Source: an uncultured Desulfarculus sp. (GTDB lineage Bacteria; Desulfobacterota; Desulfarculia; Desulfarculales; Desulfarculaceae). From it: 64,000 bases of DNA. Location: NCBI GenBank assembly GCA_963665125.2, contig CAXXUK010000002.1, positions 576,001 to 640,000 on the forward strand. Direction: 5' to 3'. This document shows, piece by piece, positions 56,969 to 64,000 of this stretch (its first letter is position 1; the number at the start of each line of letters is the position of its first letter). The translations under genes and the position numbers were made by a program. Under the pieces are notes generated by a model, which was not told where the DNA came from, ran no database searches, and worked only from the letters and a program-made list of their open reading frames with translations.

Positions 56969-57167
56969 TCGGCCCGTCCTTGGGCCAAGGTGCAGCGCCC
57001 CGGCCGGAGTAAGTCCGATCCGGGCCTTACGGCGCGTGGCTAACGCGCCGCGCCGGGCTGGCCGTCCATGGCCAGCCTATCTGTAGAGCACGGTGTTGCC
57101 GTTATTGGGTGCATGGTCGGGGCCACGGGTGCCTATTGGGGCTCTGAGTGTTGCCCGCGATTTGGGA
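56969..57167 (+). repeat. Dispersed ~200-bp structured intergenic repeat, copy 2
   Basis: Colinear with 16831-17028. Confidence 0.88.
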
Positions 57168-57180
57168 CCAAAAAGCGGCT

Positions 57181-58392
57181 TTAGGATACCCGCGCAAGCC
57201 TCTTTTTCAACACCAGCGCCAATACAACCACCGCCAAGCTCAGCGGGGCCAGCACCGGGAATATGGCCCAAACGCCCCAGGCCGAGTCGGCTGCCCCGGC
57301 CAGGGCCACGGCAACCGAGCCCACGCCGAAGGTCAGCACGAACTTCAGGCCAAAGGCGCTGTTGCGCCACGACTGGGGGCTCAGGCGGGTGACCAGGGTG
57401 TTTTCCAGGGGCTGGCTGCCCAGCAGAAACACGAAATACAGCCCGGCCGTCAGGGCCAGGGGCGCATCGGCCAGCCAGCCCATGGTCAGGGCGGCGACGG
57501 CGGCGATGCAGTGGAAAACGGCATAGGTAAGGGGCAGGTTGAAGCGCTCGCCGGCCCGGCCGCCCATGTATTGGCCGGCAAAGCCCAGGATATAGACCAG
57601 CGAGGCCACGGCATTGGCCGTGAAGTTGGCCGAGCCGCCGGACCACCAATCGGCCACGGCGCTGGTTATGGCCGGGCTGCGCAGCTCCAACAGGGCGGGC
57701 AGGCCCACCGTAGCGCCCCGGTAGACGATGCCGCCGAGCATCATGGCCGCCAGCAGCAGGGCGAACGCGCCCAGGGCCTTGGAGCCCTTGCCCGGCCCGG
57801 CGTTGGGCCCCTTGACCTTGGCGGCGGGTACGGGCGTAAGGAACATCAGGGCCAGACCGGCCAGGTTGGTCAGGCCAAGGGCGGCAAACGCCGCGCCGGG
57901 GCCCGAGGCCCACACGGCGAAGCCGGTCAACAGCGGCGCGGCCACAAGGCCCAGATTTCCGGCCATGCCGTTGTAGCCCATGGCCAGGGATACGGCCCGC
58001 ACCCGCAGGCCGATGAGCCCCAGGCCCACGGGGTGGTAGATCCCGGCGAACAGGCCCAGACCGGCCAGATGCACGGCCAGGCCCAGGGGGCTGTCTATCC
58101 AGTAGGCCGCGCCCAGGGCGCTGGCCCCGCAGCCGATGAACATAAGCCCCAGGGGCAGCCGCGCCCCGATGCGGTCGGCCAGCAGGCCCCAAGGCAGGGC
58201 CGTTATGCCGAACAGCAGATACATGGCCTGGGACAAGACCAGAACCTCGGACAGGCTTGTGTTCATCCGGGCGGCCAGGGGCACGGCCAAGGCCGGAAAG
58301 ACCAGCATGTTCAGGTGGCATAAAAAATGGCCGAATCCGGTCAGGGCCAGGATCCGCCTTTCCTGCGTGTCTAGGCGCGGGTTGTGTTTCAT
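57181..58392 (-). CDS. MFS transporter (FSR-like)
   Basis: GHFLCH, GLLADRIG, GIYHPVG, GRAGERF; 12 TM pattern. Confidence 0.88.
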   Translation of the reverse strand: MKHNPRLDTQERRILALTGFGHFLCHLNMLVFPALAVPLAARMNTSLSEVLVLSQAMYLLFGITALPWGLLADRIGARLPLGLMFIGCGASALGAAYWIDSPLGLAVHLAGLGLFAGIYHPVGLGLIGLRVRAVSLAMGYNGMAGNLGLVAAPLLTGFAVWASGPGAAFAALGLTNLAGLALMFLTPVPAAKVKGPNAGPGKGSKALGAFALLLAAMMLGGIVYRGATVGLPALLELRSPAITSAVADWWSGGSANFTANAVASLVYILGFAGQYMGGRAGERFNLPLTYAVFHCIAAVAALTMGWLADAPLALTAGLYFVFLLGSQPLENTLVTRLSPQSWRNSAFGLKFVLTFGVGSVAVALAGAADSAWGVWAIFPVLAPLSLAVVVLALVLKKRLARVS

Positions 58393-58511
58393 GCCCAAAC
58401 TTTTACCTGGAGCCGGTCGGATTGTCCACTTGCGCCGATTGTATTTGCCAACGGCCGAGCTTGGCTTACAATTACCCGGAGTTTACAACACGTACTCAGC
58501 GGACGGATTCT

Positions 58512-59636
58512 ATGAGCCAGAAATTTCCCGCGCCCCAAGACATGGCCCGCCAATTGGTGCACCTGCCCAGCATCGGCCCGGAACACGGCGAGGCCGCCTG
58601 CGCCGCTTTTTGCGCGGGTTTGTTGGAGATGGCCGGCTTTGACGTGAAAATGATCGACCTGGCGCCTGGGCGGCCAAACCTGGTGGCCGTGTTGGAGGGC
58701 AGCCAAAGCGGGGCCATGTTCTGCCTCAGCGGCCATTTGGACACAGTGGCCCTGGGCCAGGCCAAGTGGTCTTTTGATCCGTACTCGGGCGAAATCCGGG
58801 ACGGACGCCTACTGGGCCGGGGTTCCAGCGACATGAAATCCGGCGTGGCGGCAATGCTGGCGGCCGCGATGCGCCTGGCCGCCGGACCCAGGCCCAAGGC
58901 CGGGCTGATCCTGGTGCTCACCGCCGGGGAAGAGCACGGCCTCAACGGGGCCAAGGCCCTGGCCGCCGCTTCCGTGCTACCGGAAATTGGGGCCATGGTG
59001 GTGGGCGAGCCCACGGCCAACCGGCCGCTGTTGGGTCACAAGGGCGGCCTGTGGTTCCATGCCGAGTTCCACGGCAAGGCGGCCCACGGCTCCATGCCCC
59101 AGCTGGGCGACAGCGCCATTATCAAGGCGGCAAAAGCTGTGATCAGCCTCGACGGGTTCGAGTTTGACGAAGATCATCCCGTGCTGGGTGGCCCGACATT
59201 GAACATGGGGGTCATAAAGGGCGGCCAAGCGCCCAATATAGTACCAGACCTTTGCCGCCTGGAGTGCGACGTGCGACTGGTGCCGGGCATGGACCCAGAC
59301 GACGTCCTGGAGCGGCTGGGCCGGGCCGCGCCCCAGGCTGTGATAGGCAACACCAATTATCTGCCGCCGGTGTGGTGCGATGCCGCTGAGCCATGGATGG
59401 CAACCGCTTTGGAGATGGTCTCCGGCCTCACCGGCCGCCAGGCCCAATCGGCTGGCGCGCCGTACGTCACCGATGCCTCGGTCTTGTGCCCCCTGCTGGC
59501 CGCCCCGGCGCTGATCATCGGACCTGGCCAGCCCGAACAGGCCCACCAGGTGGACGAATGGTGCGACGCCGGGCTCATCGAACAGGCCGCGGAAATCTAT
59601 TACTATCTCGCTGCCGATTGGTGCGGAGTTAAATAA
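58512..59636 (+). CDS. M20 metallopeptidase (ArgE/DapE family)
   Basis: SGHLDTV, GRGSSDMKSG, AGEE, VGEPT, GKAAHGS, AHQVDE. Confidence 0.92.
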   Translation: MSQKFPAPQDMARQLVHLPSIGPEHGEAACAAFCAGLLEMAGFDVKMIDLAPGRPNLVAVLEGSQSGAMFCLSGHLDTVALGQAKWSFDPYSGEIRDGRLLGRGSSDMKSGVAAMLAAAMRLAAGPRPKAGLILVLTAGEEHGLNGAKALAAASVLPEIGAMVVGEPTANRPLLGHKGGLWFHAEFHGKAAHGSMPQLGDSAIIKAAKAVISLDGFEFDEDHPVLGGPTLNMGVIKGGQAPNIVPDLCRLECDVRLVPGMDPDDVLERLGRAAPQAVIGNTNYLPPVWCDAAEPWMATALEMVSGLTGRQAQSAGAPYVTDASVLCPLLAAPALIIGPGQPEQAHQVDEWCDAGLIEQAAEIYYYLAADWCGVK

Positions 59637-60589
59637 TGGGCGCGGTGCTCAACCTGATAAAAGACAACATCCTCGTATTTGGCATCGTCCTCGGACTGCT
59701 ACTGGGCTGCTTGATGCCCGACCCCGGCCTGCTGCTGAAAAAATTGCAGGCCGGACCGTTGTTCATCGGCCTGATCTTTTTTTGCCAGGGCATGGCCTTC
59801 AAACCCAACGAGGCCCCCGGCGGACGCGAACTGGTGCGGCTGGTGATCTGGGGCCTGATCCTGTCCCAGGTGCTGGGGCCCCTGGCCGGTCTGGCCGGGG
59901 CTCACCTGCTGCCCCTGGGCACCGAAGAAGGCATCGGCCTGATCCTGATGTGCTCCATGGCTCCGACCCTGGTATCCGGGGCCGTGTTGGCCGAAAGGGC
60001 GGGCGGCGACTGGGCCGCGGCCATCATCTTGGCCGTGGGGCTCAACCTGATCGCGGTGCTGACCATCCCGCTGAACTTGGGTTGGCTCCTGGGCCAGTCG
60101 GTGCAGATCGACGCCATGGGCCTGCTGTTCAAGCTGGTGGCCTTGGTTTTGGTCCCGGCTCTGGTGGGCCACGGCCTGGGCCGGGCCTGGCCGGGCGGCG
60201 TGGTTTCCCTGGCCGGAGTGCTCAAGTACGTACCCGTGGTGGGCATCGCCACCCTGGTCTACATGTCGGTGGCGTCCAACAACGAGGCCCTTTTGGCCAT
60301 GGAGCCCGAGGTGTTTTTGCTGCTGCTGGCGGCCGCCCTGTTCGCCCATCTGCTGCTGTTGGTCATGGGTTACGCCGTGGCCAGACGGCCCATGGGCCTG
60401 CCCCCGCGTTCGGCACGGTCTCTGGCCATTGTCTGCTCGGAAAAAACCCTGCCCCTCGCCGTTGCCGTGTGGACCCTGGCCCTGGCCGACCAATACCCGC
60501 TTTCGCTGATGGCGGCAATCGTCTTCCACCCCACCCAAGTGGTTGTCGACGGGATCATCGCCGCCTGGTGGGTCAAACGGCCCGTCTGA
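59636..60589 (+). CDS. Bile acid:sodium symporter family protein
   Basis: IFFCQG, MAPTLVSG, CSEKTLPLA, FHPTQ; multi-TM. Confidence 0.85.
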   Translation: MGAVLNLIKDNILVFGIVLGLLLGCLMPDPGLLLKKLQAGPLFIGLIFFCQGMAFKPNEAPGGRELVRLVIWGLILSQVLGPLAGLAGAHLLPLGTEEGIGLILMCSMAPTLVSGAVLAERAGGDWAAAIILAVGLNLIAVLTIPLNLGWLLGQSVQIDAMGLLFKLVALVLVPALVGHGLGRAWPGGVVSLAGVLKYVPVVGIATLVYMSVASNNEALLAMEPEVFLLLLAAALFAHLLLLVMGYAVARRPMGLPPRSARSLAIVCSEKTLPLAVAVWTLALADQYPLSLMAAIVFHPTQVVVDGIIAAWWVKRPV

Positions 60590-60668
60590 GCCATAACAAG
60601 CGTTTTGCGCGATCCGTGATCTGTGGCATGATTAATCTTTAAGAGGCCACCTTTTACGGAGGGTTCGA

Positions 60669-61382
60669 ATGCCCGAGTTAATTCTGGTGCGTCATGGCCA
60701 GAGCCAATGGAACCTGGAAAACCGCTTCACCGGCTGGACCGATGTGGACCTGACCAGCCAGGGTGAACACGAGGCTCGCCAGGCCGGGAAGCTGCTGGCC
60801 AAGGCCGGCAATGGGTTTGACCTGGCCTATACCTCGGTGCTCAAGAGGGCGGTGCGCACCCTGTGGCTGATCATGGAGCAGATGGACCTGGAGTGGATTC
60901 CCCAGGTGGCCAACTGGCGGCTCAACGAGCGGCATTACGGGGCCCTGCAGGGACTGAACAAGGCCGAGACCGCCCAGAAACACGGCGAAGATCAGGTGCG
61001 CATCTGGCGCAGGTCTTTTGACACGCCCCCGCCGCCCCTGGACGACCTGGACCCCCGTCACCCGCGCTATGACAAACGCTATGCCTCTGTGGACAAGGCC
61101 CTGCTGCCGGGCAGCGAATCGCTCAAAGACACCCTGGCCCGGGCCATGCCTTTTTGGCACGAAGTCATCGAGCCAAGGCTCAAGGCCGGGAAAAACGTGA
61201 TCGTGGCCGCTCACGGCAACAGCCTGCGGGCCGTGATCAAACACCTGGATAAGATCAGCGACGCCCAAATCCCCCGGCTGGAGGTGCCCACCGGCAACCC
61301 CCTGGTCTACCGCCTCACCGAGGATCTGCGGGTCATCGACCGCAAGTACCTAGACGCGGACAGGGCCGGGCCGCTGCCTTAG
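60669..61382 (+). CDS. gpmA: 2,3-bisphosphoglycerate-dependent phosphoglycerate mutase
   Basis: [47 protein letters not shown]. Confidence 0.97.
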   Translation: MPELILVRHGQSQWNLENRFTGWTDVDLTSQGEHEARQAGKLLAKAGNGFDLAYTSVLKRAVRTLWLIMEQMDLEWIPQVANWRLNERHYGALQGLNKAETAQKHGEDQVRIWRRSFDTPPPPLDDLDPRHPRYDKRYASVDKALLPGSESLKDTLARAMPFWHEVIEPRLKAGKNVIVAAHGNSLRAVIKHLDKISDAQIPRLEVPTGNPLVYRLTEDLRVIDRKYLDADRAGPLP

Positions 61383-61840
61383 CCCGCCAAATCGTCCAGA
61401 ACAATTTGGGCGTGACCTGCCGCCTTGACCTTGGGATATACCTTGGTCAGCACGCCATCCGGCCCGGCAACGAATGTGCTGCGCTGGGCGCCCATGCTCA
61501 CTTTGCCCTTTGATTTCTTTTCCACCCAGGCTCCCAGGGCCTGCAAGGTGGTGGTCTCAACGTCGGCCAATAGCGGATAGCCCAGGCCCAGCTTGGCCGC
61601 GAACTTGGCGTGGCTCTCGGCCTTGTCCTTGGAAATGCCCGCCAGGCCATACCCGGCGGCGCTGAACTTGGCCAGTAGGGCCTGGAACTCCGAGGCCTCG
61701 GTGGTGCAGCCGCTGGTGTTGTCTCGGGAATATACGAAAATCACCAGGCCCTTGGGGCCGGCGAGGTCGGCCCGGCTTCGGGTCTTGCCGTCCTGGTCCG
61801 CCAGATTCAGCTCGGGCAGTTTTTGTCCCTGTTCAAGCAT
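61379..61840 (-). CDS. bcp: Peroxiredoxin, BCP/PrxQ type
   Basis: [29 protein letters not shown]. Confidence 0.88.
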   Translation of the reverse strand: MLEQGQKLPELNLADQDGKTRSRADLAGPKGLVIFVYSRDNTSGCTTEASEFQALLAKFSAAGYGLAGISKDKAESHAKFAAKLGLGYPLLADVETTTLQALGAWVEKKSKGKVSMGAQRSTFVAGPDGVLTKVYPKVKAAGHAQIVLDDLAG

Positions 61841-61953
61841 TTGCCGTCTCCGGTCATGTAGATTGACAGCCATAGGAATTCGCTATGGCTCTAATCGCCT
61901 GATATCCATATTACGTATTTGCGCTGTCAGCGGTTCGTGACCATATTTGTAAC

Positions 61954-62574
61954 ATGCTTTTAGACCTCCATGTACATAGCAACCTGTCTCCGTGCAGCAA
62001 AATGTCCGTGAACCGCATCGGCCGCGAGATTGGCGGCACGGGCCTGGACGGTCTTTGCCTGACCGATCACCAGGTCATGGCCGGACCTGATCTGCTGTCG
62101 GTATTGCCCGGCGGGTTCTCATTCCTGGTCGGCATGGAGTATTCCACCAGCCAGGGAGATCTTCTGCTTTTCGGTCTGGACAAGCCGCCCATCGACGGCA
62201 TGAAGGCCCTGGACATTCTGCAACTGGTCCACGACATGGGCGGGGCCAGCGTGGCCGCCCACCCCTGCCGGGCCGGACGCTCTCTTGATCCGGCGCTGTT
62301 GGGCAGCGGTCTTATACATGCCGTGGAGGTGCTAAACGGCCGCTGCACGCCCCAGGAAAACAGCGAAGCTTTGGGCCTGGCCCAGGCCTTTGACCTGCCC
62401 CTGACCGGCGGCAGCGACGCCCATATGCCTCAGGAGATCGGCCGTTTCGCCACCATGGTCTGCCAGCCGGTCTACAACGCCGCCCAGCTTGCCATGGCCA
62501 TCCGTCAAGGCGACGTTTCGCCGATATCCCTTTCGGAATTACAAGTCTCCAACCTGGTAGCCGCCCTGGCCTGA
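61954..62574 (+). CDS. PHP-domain metal-dependent phosphoesterase
   Basis: DLHVHS, LTDH, GMEYST, AAHP, EVLNG, GGSDAH. Confidence 0.9.
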   Translation: MLLDLHVHSNLSPCSKMSVNRIGREIGGTGLDGLCLTDHQVMAGPDLLSVLPGGFSFLVGMEYSTSQGDLLLFGLDKPPIDGMKALDILQLVHDMGGASVAAHPCRAGRSLDPALLGSGLIHAVEVLNGRCTPQENSEALGLAQAFDLPLTGGSDAHMPQEIGRFATMVCQPVYNAAQLAMAIRQGDVSPISLSELQVSNLVAALA

Positions 62575-62638
62575 TTTTGCTAAAGTGATCAAAAAGGCGG
62601 TCAATTGACCCAATTGGTCTTCACGGGAGGCGATATCC

Positions 62639-63070
62639 ATGTATACGGTCATGCGTAGCGGCAAGGTTTACACCGGCAGGCTCACTCACGGGGCAGACCT
62701 GCTTGCCGAGTTGACAACAATATGCCGGGAAAAAAATATATTCCACGGCGAGGTCAAGGCCATCGGCGCCCTGAAAAAGGCCCGCTACGGCTACTATGAC
62801 CAAACAACCCGTAAATACGAGTATCTTGAATTCAACGAGCCCAGCGAGATTTTAGCCCTGGTGGGCAATGTGTCGATCTTGGGCGGCGAGCCCATGGTCC
62901 ACTGCCACATTACCATTGCCGATGAACAGGGCCGCGCTCTGGGAGGCCATTTGGCCGAAGGCTGCGAGATATTCGCCTGCGAATTCGCCATAACTGAATA
63001 CATCACCGAGATTCCGCTGCAAAGGGGCCCGGACGAGGAGACCGGCCTGATGCTTTGGCAGCCGTGGTAA
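62639..63070 (+). CDS. PPC / DUF296 domain protein
   Basis: EILALVGNVS, VHCHITIA, GGHL, CEF. Confidence 0.9.
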   Translation: MYTVMRSGKVYTGRLTHGADLLAELTTICREKNIFHGEVKAIGALKKARYGYYDQTTRKYEYLEFNEPSEILALVGNVSILGGEPMVHCHITIADEQGRALGGHLAEGCEIFACEFAITEYITEIPLQRGPDEETGLMLWQPW

Positions 63071-63097
63071 GCAACGGACCCATTTGCCTGTAAACGG

Positions 63098-63127
63098 AAA
63101 GGCCCTCCCCCAGCGGGGAGGGCCTTT
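63098..63127. terminator. Bidirectional intrinsic terminator
   Basis: AAAGGCCCTCCCC-CAGC-GGGGAGGGCCTTT between convergent genes. Confidence 0.85.
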
Positions 63128-63152
63128 GAATTACCGCAAGGCGGCGTAAGGC

Positions 63153-64000
63153 TTAATGGTCGTGCAGACCGCCGTGCTCGGCCTTGACCGACAGGGCCAC
63201 CTTGTAGAGCACCGTGACGATCAGGAAGCCGATGGCGTAGACGCCGGCGCTGACCAGCAGTTCCAGACCAGTAGGCATATACTCGGTAACTTCGTGCAGC
63301 GGGTTGGGTACGAAGCCGCCGGCCATCATGCCCATGCCTTTGTCAATGTAGGTGCAGATGAACACCAACACGCAGGCAACGGGCAGGATTTTTTCGTTCT
63401 GGCGCCACTTGGGCACGATCAGCAGAACGATGGCGCTGAGACCGGCGAACAAGGCCGTCCACATAATCGGCACCATGCTGTCGTATCCGTGGTAACCGAA
63501 GTACAGGTACTGGATGTGAGCCATGTGGCTGGGGATCTGGCTGTAGAAGACCGTGAAGCATTCCAGCGCGAAGAAGAACAGGTGCAGGATGATGCAGTAG
63601 GTCACGATCTTGGCCAGGGTTTGCAGGGCTTCCTTGCCGGGGTCGAACGAAGACACGCGGCGAACGATCATGCCCAGCAGGATCAGCACTGCGGGGCCGG
63701 CCGCGAAGGCCGAAACCAGGAATCGCGGAGCCATGATGGCCGTCAGCCAGAAGCCGCGGCCGGGCAGGCCGGCATACAGGAAGGCCGTAACCGTGTGGAT
63801 CGAGACAGCCCAGGGAATCGAGAGATAGATCAGGGGTTTGACCCACTTGGGAGACGGCACGCCCTTGCGCTCGGCCTCCAGGGTGGTCCAACCGATAATC
63901 AGGTTGAGGAACAGGTAGACATTGAGCACCACCATGTCCCAGAACAGAACCGAATTGGGCGTGGGATGCACAATGACGTTCATAAGGCGTTCGGGCTTGC
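63153..64000 (-). CDS. dsrP: DsrMKJOP complex membrane subunit DsrP (NrfD family), 5' part outside window
   Basis: PTPNSVLFWD, SIPWAVSIHTVTAFLYAGLPGRGFWLTAIMAPRFLVSAFAAGPA, DKGMG. Confidence 0.9.
   Translation of the reverse strand, partial: KPERLMNVIVHPTPNSVLFWDMVVLNVYLFLNLIIGWTTLEAERKGVPSPKWVKPLIYLSIPWAVSIHTVTAFLYAGLPGRGFWLTAIMAPRFLVSAFAAGPAVLILLGMIVRRVSSFDPGKEALQTLAKIVTYCIILHLFFFALECFTVFYSQIPSHMAHIQYLYFGYHGYDSMVPIMWTALFAGLSAIVLLIVPKWRQNEKILPVACVLVFICTYIDKGMGMMAGGFVPNPLHEVTEYMPTGLELLVSAGVYAIGFLIVTVLYKVALSVKAEHGGLHDH

Noticed and set aside
1..64000. CRISPR array, rRNA or prophage structural genes
   Set aside because: None seen

Overview
GC-rich chromosomal window from a sulfate-reducing deltaproteobacterium (partial dsrP at the right end; the Desulfarculus-like assignment is an impression only). 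Core genes include an ABC efflux system, gltX with tRNA-Gln(CTG) and tRNA-Glu(CTC), two chemoreceptors, a cobalamin riboswitch controlling chlD/chlI-type chelatase ATPases, an ECF sigma/anti-sigma operon, gpmA and bcp. The main discovery is a ~17 kb decayed genomic island just downstream of tRNA-Glu. It is bounded by a 28-bp direct repeat (18813-18840 and 35758-35785). It carries an integrase remnant cut exactly at an IS3 end and a second IS3-like end at the right border. Its 11-gene cargo looks intact: two B12-dependent radical SAM enzymes, three glycosyltransferases, a methyltransferase, a GSCFA protein, a heparinase II/III-like protein, a diverged GpmA-like histidine phosphatase, an Npt1-like transporter fused to HEAT and cNMP domains, and a TonB-dependent receptor. 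This looks like an uncharacterised glycoconjugate synthesis/modification system. Other notable items: a low-GC RloC-like gene next to a tRNA 3'-end scar; an orphan ParA / PAS-pseudokinase / amphi-Trp operon divergent from a chemoreceptor; a ~200-bp structured repeat present twice with a compensatory base change; two small proteins missed by the ORF track; several orphan secreted Cys-rich proteins. Family assignments come from motif recognition by eye; no searches were run, and start codons are best estimates.
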